This document shows positions 60,014 to 64,000 of a stretch of 64,000 nucleotides of DNA, piece after piece. Position numbers and translations under genes: made by a program. The stretch is from Deltaproteobacteria bacterium TL4 (lineage in GTDB: Bacteria > SAR324 > NAC60-12). Under the pieces are notes generated by a model, which had not been told where the DNA came from, did not search any database, and saw nothing but the letters and a program-made list of their open reading frames with translations. The stretch is from contig JBBCAX010000250.1 in assembly GCA_051382335.1 (NCBI GenBank), positions 1-64,000 on the forward strand, written 5' to 3'. The stretch's first letter is position 1, and every line of letters starts with the position of its first letter.

Positions 60014-60733
60014 ATGAACGGCACACAGACCTCAAAAATTGCTCAGTTGAATCAAGTTCAATTCAGTTGGGGCAAAGGAAAGCCGCTGGTTCTGGATATT
60101 GAAAAATTCGAAATCAACCAAGGCGAAAAAATATTTGTTCAAGGTCCAAGCGGAAGTGGTAAAACCACCCTGCTGGGATTATTAGGGGGGATTCTGTTAC
60201 CTCAAAGCGGAGAGGTTCGGGTATTAAACCAGTCTCTCAATCAATTACGAAAAACACAACGAGATACCTTTCGTGTCACACACATTGGCTTTATTTTTCA
60301 ACTGTTTAACTTACTCCCTTATTTATCTCTTGTTGAAAATGTCGCGCTTCCTTGTCATTTTTCCAGTATCCGTAGAAAAAAAGCCTTGGAACGTTCAAAC
60401 AATCTGACCACAGAAGCGACACGTCTTTTAACCCATCTGGGATTAAATCAAGAAGCGATACTTTCCAACCCTGTGACCGAGCTCAGTGTCGGTCAACAAC
60501 AACGAGTCGCCGCCGCAAGAGCCTTAATTGGCGGACCTGAAATCGTGATTGCCGATGAGCCGACTTCGGCATTAGATATGGAAAGCCGTCAATCTTTTTT
60601 AGAATTGCTATTCAAAGAATGTGATTTATTCGGCGCGACTTTGATTTTTGTAAGTCATGACCCTGCTCTTGCTTCACTTTTTGACCGAACGGTTACGATC
60701 AAGGATCTCAGTCGTGACCGGAATCACGGCTAA
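60014..60733 (+). CDS. ABC transporter ATP-binding protein (LolD/MacB-like)
   Basis: GPSGSGKTT, FQLFNLLPYL, LSVGQQQRVAAARAL, ADEPT and VSHD; start at ATG 60014. Confidence 0.92.
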   Translation: MNGTQTSKIAQLNQVQFSWGKGKPLVLDIEKFEINQGEKIFVQGPSGSGKTTLLGLLGGILLPQSGEVRVLNQSLNQLRKTQRDTFRVTHIGFIFQLFNLLPYLSLVENVALPCHFSSIRRKKALERSNNLTTEATRLLTHLGLNQEAILSNPVTELSVGQQQRVAAARALIGGPEIVIADEPTSALDMESRQSFLELLFKECDLFGATLIFVSHDPALASLFDRTVTIKDLSRDRNHG

Positions 60734-60765
60734 CACGACCACACCGTATTTCTTCGGAGTATTTC

Positions 60766-62028
60766 ATGTTCATTCTTACCTTGGCCTTGAAAAGCCTCTA
60801 TAATCGTCGATTTACCGCGATCCTTACGGTGCTTGCCATCGCGCTGAGTGTCACGTTGCTCTTTGGAGTTGAACGTATTCGTAAGGGGGCGAAAAACAGT
60901 TTTGAAAATACGCTTACGGGAACGGATCTGGTTGTGGGAGCACGGACAGGATCGGTTCCGTTACTCTTAAATTCTATTTTTCATATCGGGAATGCTACAA
61001 ACAATATCTCTTGGGAAACCTATCAACATTTTGCTCAAAATCCCGATGTCGCATGGACTATTCCTATTGCCTTAGGAGACTCCCATCAAGGCTACAGAGT
61101 GCTGGGAACAACCCTGGATTACTTCGAACATTATCAATATGGACCGTCCCTTCAGCTCGAATTTACAGAAGGTGCCGAGTTTCACGATGTTTATGACGCA
61201 GTCTTGGGTTTTGAGATCGCCCTGAATCTCGGTTATCAATTAGGGCAGGAAATTGTCCTGAGTCATGGAATCGGAGAGGTGTCGTTCCTCAACCATGACG
61301 ATAAACCCTTTCGTATTGTCGGTATTTTGAAAAAGACAGGAACGCCGGTAGACCGTACATTGCACATCCCGTTAGAAGGCATTGAAGCCATGCACGTTGA
61401 TTGGAAGAACGGAGCACCCCCCCTGCCGGGCAAAGAAGTCCAACGGGATGAAATCTATGGAATGGATTTAAAACCTGATGAAATCACTGCCTTTTTGGTG
61501 GGTTTAAAGTCAAAATATACCCTCTTCCAAATGCAACGAAATATGAATGAGTATGAAAAAGAACCCATTCTCGCTGTGTTACCAGGTGTCGCGCTTCAAC
61601 AACTTTGGAGTTTAATTGGTGTGGCTGAAATCGCGTTAAGAACGATTTCCATCTTTGTCGTATTGATAGGATTATTAGGGATGCTCATCATGATCTTAAC
61701 CAGCTTAAATGAACGTAGACGGGAAATGGCCATTCTACGCTCTGTGGGGGCCCATCCCTTCCATATATTTTTTCTATTGGTCAGTGAAGCCGGTCTGTTA
61801 TCCATGCTGGGCGTCTTGGTGGGTTTCGTTTTTCTGTATCTGCTTCTTTTATTTGCCTTACCTTATGCGGAACACACCTATGGACTGTATATTCCGATGG
61901 AAATGCTGTCTTTTTATGACATCATGGTAAGCGCCATCATCATAGGCTCAGGATTCATTATGGGCGGCGTTCCCGCATGGAGAGCCTACAGGAACTCGCT
62001 TGTGGATGGAATGACCATTCGGTTATAA
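60766..62028 (+). CDS. MacB/FtsX-like ABC transporter permease
   Basis: GTDLVVGAR, LGDSHQGY, ERRREMAILRSVGA and PAWRAY motifs. Confidence 0.9.
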   Translation: MFILTLALKSLYNRRFTAILTVLAIALSVTLLFGVERIRKGAKNSFENTLTGTDLVVGARTGSVPLLLNSIFHIGNATNNISWETYQHFAQNPDVAWTIPIALGDSHQGYRVLGTTLDYFEHYQYGPSLQLEFTEGAEFHDVYDAVLGFEIALNLGYQLGQEIVLSHGIGEVSFLNHDDKPFRIVGILKKTGTPVDRTLHIPLEGIEAMHVDWKNGAPPLPGKEVQRDEIYGMDLKPDEITAFLVGLKSKYTLFQMQRNMNEYEKEPILAVLPGVALQQLWSLIGVAEIALRTISIFVVLIGLLGMLIMILTSLNERRREMAILRSVGAHPFHIFFLLVSEAGLLSMLGVLVGFVFLYLLLLFALPYAEHTYGLYIPMEMLSFYDIMVSAIIIGSGFIMGGVPAWRAYRNSLVDGMTIRL

Positions 62029-62103
62029 GGGGATCACTCCTGAATTTATCTCCATTAACGAATTTTCGGCAAAGGATCACCAGTTTTCAAACTACAAAAA
62101 CCG

Positions 62104-62263
62104 GGGGTTGGTCACATATTCGGCCATGTGTCAAAAAACGGACTTTGATTTACCACCTGGTTTGGGTTTTGTTCCGTAGGGGCCGACCTGTGTGTCTGCC
62201 CGGGATCAGGGCGAACACACAGGTTCGCTCCTACAATTTGTGGCCGAAAATGTGACCAACCCC
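62104..62263 (+). mobile_element. Complete 160-bp MITE enclosing a GTAG-REP doublet
   Basis: 23-bp TIR GGGGTTGGTCACATATTCGGCCA / TGGCCGAAAATGTGACCAACCCC (one mismatch); inner GTAGGGGCCGACC..GGTTCGCTCCTAC at 62176-62234; two more copies in the window. Confidence 0.85.
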
Positions 62264-62427
62264 GAAAGATGTCTATTAGGTATTATCAGGATTTTCCCCC
62301 AACACCTAAGACCTAAAAGCAAAAAACTTAAAATCCTCATTTGGAGATATAATCCTTCAGCCATTGTAAAATCTGACTTCGAAGGGTTTTCGTTCAGACA
62401 CTACCTCGTGAACTGAACGCAGCACTG

Positions 62428-63300
62428 ATGAGGAATGTACAAGGACACCTAAACCATGGGATCAATGTGAACTATTATATTTGGCTCTTCCTCCTTTTTA
62501 GCTTTTTTTTTCCACAACCAATCAAGGCAGAAAAGACGGATAGAATACGCGTACTCACACCGATGTGGACGCAGGGAACCGTCATTACTGAAGGCGCTCA
62601 TGATTTTGATATGGTTTTGCAGCGTCCTATGAAAATTCCTTTTTTAGGGGAACTGCCTGTTGACGCAAAAATTACTGGAGAAGTTAAAGAAGAACTGAGA
62701 GAAGGTCCATCCACGGCAGGCATGATTTTACATTACTTGACTCATTTCGGGTTTGGCTTTGGGTATTCTACGATCACCACAAAAACCCGTCAAGCGATTG
62801 TCGCAACCAAAGACATCACTGCCGAAGTGAGTATTAAAAATGAACCTTATACCCATTTTTCCTTCCCCAAGGGGACAACGATCGTATCCTATAAGCAAAC
62901 CATCGAAATCGAATACATCGACCTCTTCTATACCTACGAACATAAATTGTCCTACTCCTTTGGGGTGGGTATTCCCTTCACCGTCAAGGCCAAAACAGAA
63001 ATAGATTTGGTTGACCTCGACATCATTTCAGACGCCGCAGAATATGAAATCCGCGACCTTGCAAATCAATCCAAATTAAAATCACTCAGTAGTCAATCGT
63101 TGTTCGTCATTGTAGGGTACACTTTTAAAGCCTTGGAAGCCATTGGCGGATTTCGGTACAATAACTTTGACGGACACATTGATACCAGTGCCGCACCCTC
63201 AGAATTAGGGGCGGCCTTAGGTAAAGGAAAAATCGAAAGAGGGGTCGCTACCTATCAGTTACTTCTGGGTTTCGGATACCGATTCAACAGTTGGTTTTAA
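62428..63300 (+). CDS. Hypothetical exported protein, possibly an outer-membrane beta-barrel
   Basis: Signal-like hydrophobic segment, alternating beta-strand patterns, and C-terminal LLLGFGYRFNSWF. Confidence 0.6.
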   Translation: MRNVQGHLNHGINVNYYIWLFLLFSFFFPQPIKAEKTDRIRVLTPMWTQGTVITEGAHDFDMVLQRPMKIPFLGELPVDAKITGEVKEELREGPSTAGMILHYLTHFGFGFGYSTITTKTRQAIVATKDITAEVSIKNEPYTHFSFPKGTTIVSYKQTIEIEYIDLFYTYEHKLSYSFGVGIPFTVKAKTEIDLVDLDIISDAAEYEIRDLANQSKLKSLSSQSLFVIVGYTFKALEAIGGFRYNNFDGHIDTSAAPSELGAALGKGKIERGVATYQLLLGFGYRFNSWF

Positions 63301-63455
63301 CGGTTCTGTCGCAAAGTTTCTCTGGAATTCTGTAGTTTAAACTTTAAAAGACTTCTGCTAAAGTTCGGCGTGACTCGTAAACTAATTCGGAAGCATAATG
63401 AAGTTAGAGAAAATGAGATTTTAAGAACAGCTCCACTGATTCCCTCAAATAGCTG

Positions 63456-64000
63456 TCAGTTTTGGAACTCAGGTTTACGGTTAGACATATTGGCCAACAT
63501 GGCTTCCTGCAAATCATCGGACAGGGCCATTGCCGCATTCCAGGTTGCGATATAATTCAGTCCATCTTCCACGCTATGATCACGAACATACAAAATCATT
63601 TCCTTCGATCCTCTAAGGGCCAAGGGAGAGTTTTCAGCAATTTGTATCGCAATTTTTCTCACTTCCTGCCTTAAAGTTTCGTGATCCTTGAAGACTTGGT
63701 TGACCAACCCTATTTGTTTTGCTTCTTGGGCATAAAGAGTTCGTCCGGTATAGGCCAATTCCCGCATCATGCCGTCTGGTATCAAGCGTGGAAGACGTTG
63801 CAAGGTCCCGACATCAGCGGTAATCCCCAGCTTAATTTCTTTGATGCAAAAATTGGCATCTTCACTACAATACCTCATGTCACAGGCGGAAACCATATCA
63901 ATACCGCCTCCAATACAACCATTATGAATTGCCGCAAGTACAGGTTTTCGGCACTTTTCGATCACAGTGAAGGTGTCCTGTAAGTCTAAAACCAGCCGTC
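63456..64000 (-). CDS. Enoyl-CoA hydratase/crotonase family protein (5' end outside the window)
   Basis: KPVLAAIHNGCIGGGIDM..ACDMR, E..LG..ADVGTLQRL and ELAYTGR motifs. Confidence 0.92.
   Translation of the reverse strand, partial: RLVLDLQDTFTVIEKCRKPVLAAIHNGCIGGGIDMVSACDMRYCSEDANFCIKEIKLGITADVGTLQRLPRLIPDGMMRELAYTGRTLYAQEAKQIGLVNQVFKDHETLRQEVRKIAIQIAENSPLALRGSKEMILYVRDHSVEDGLNYIATWNAAMALSDDLQEAMLANMSNRKPEFQN

Overview
A ~64 kb stretch of a bacterial chromosome with moderate GC (about low-to-mid 40s % by eye). The gene style suggests a deltaproteobacterial-type lineage, possibly SAR324-like; this is inference only. Housekeeping genes include a parE-type topoisomerase B subunit, dacB, ubiX, selB, aroC, cca, mutL, yacG and deaD. 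They are interleaved with many signalling genes: CheY, a truncated MCP, two CheX-like proteins, an adenylate cyclase, a full MCP, a hybrid histidine kinase, two PilZ proteins, a CheA-like kinase lacking a CheW domain, and a STAS protein. I found no tRNA, rRNA, CRISPR array, prophage or intact transposase. The most interesting signals are these. (1) A non-canonical chemosensory-like module at 8158-11345, whose two CheX-like proteins end in the same SGELEFF tail, with a possible partner 35 kb away: a cNMP-domain, CheW-less CheA-like kinase at 46024-48552. (2) A pair of ArsA/Get3-like ATPases with complementary degenerate catalytic motifs. (3) Several families of small non-coding elements in which transposon-type terminal inverted repeats enclose REP-like palindromes, one with a perfect 8-bp target duplication. 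(4) Several gene fragments and small ORFs missed by the ORF track.
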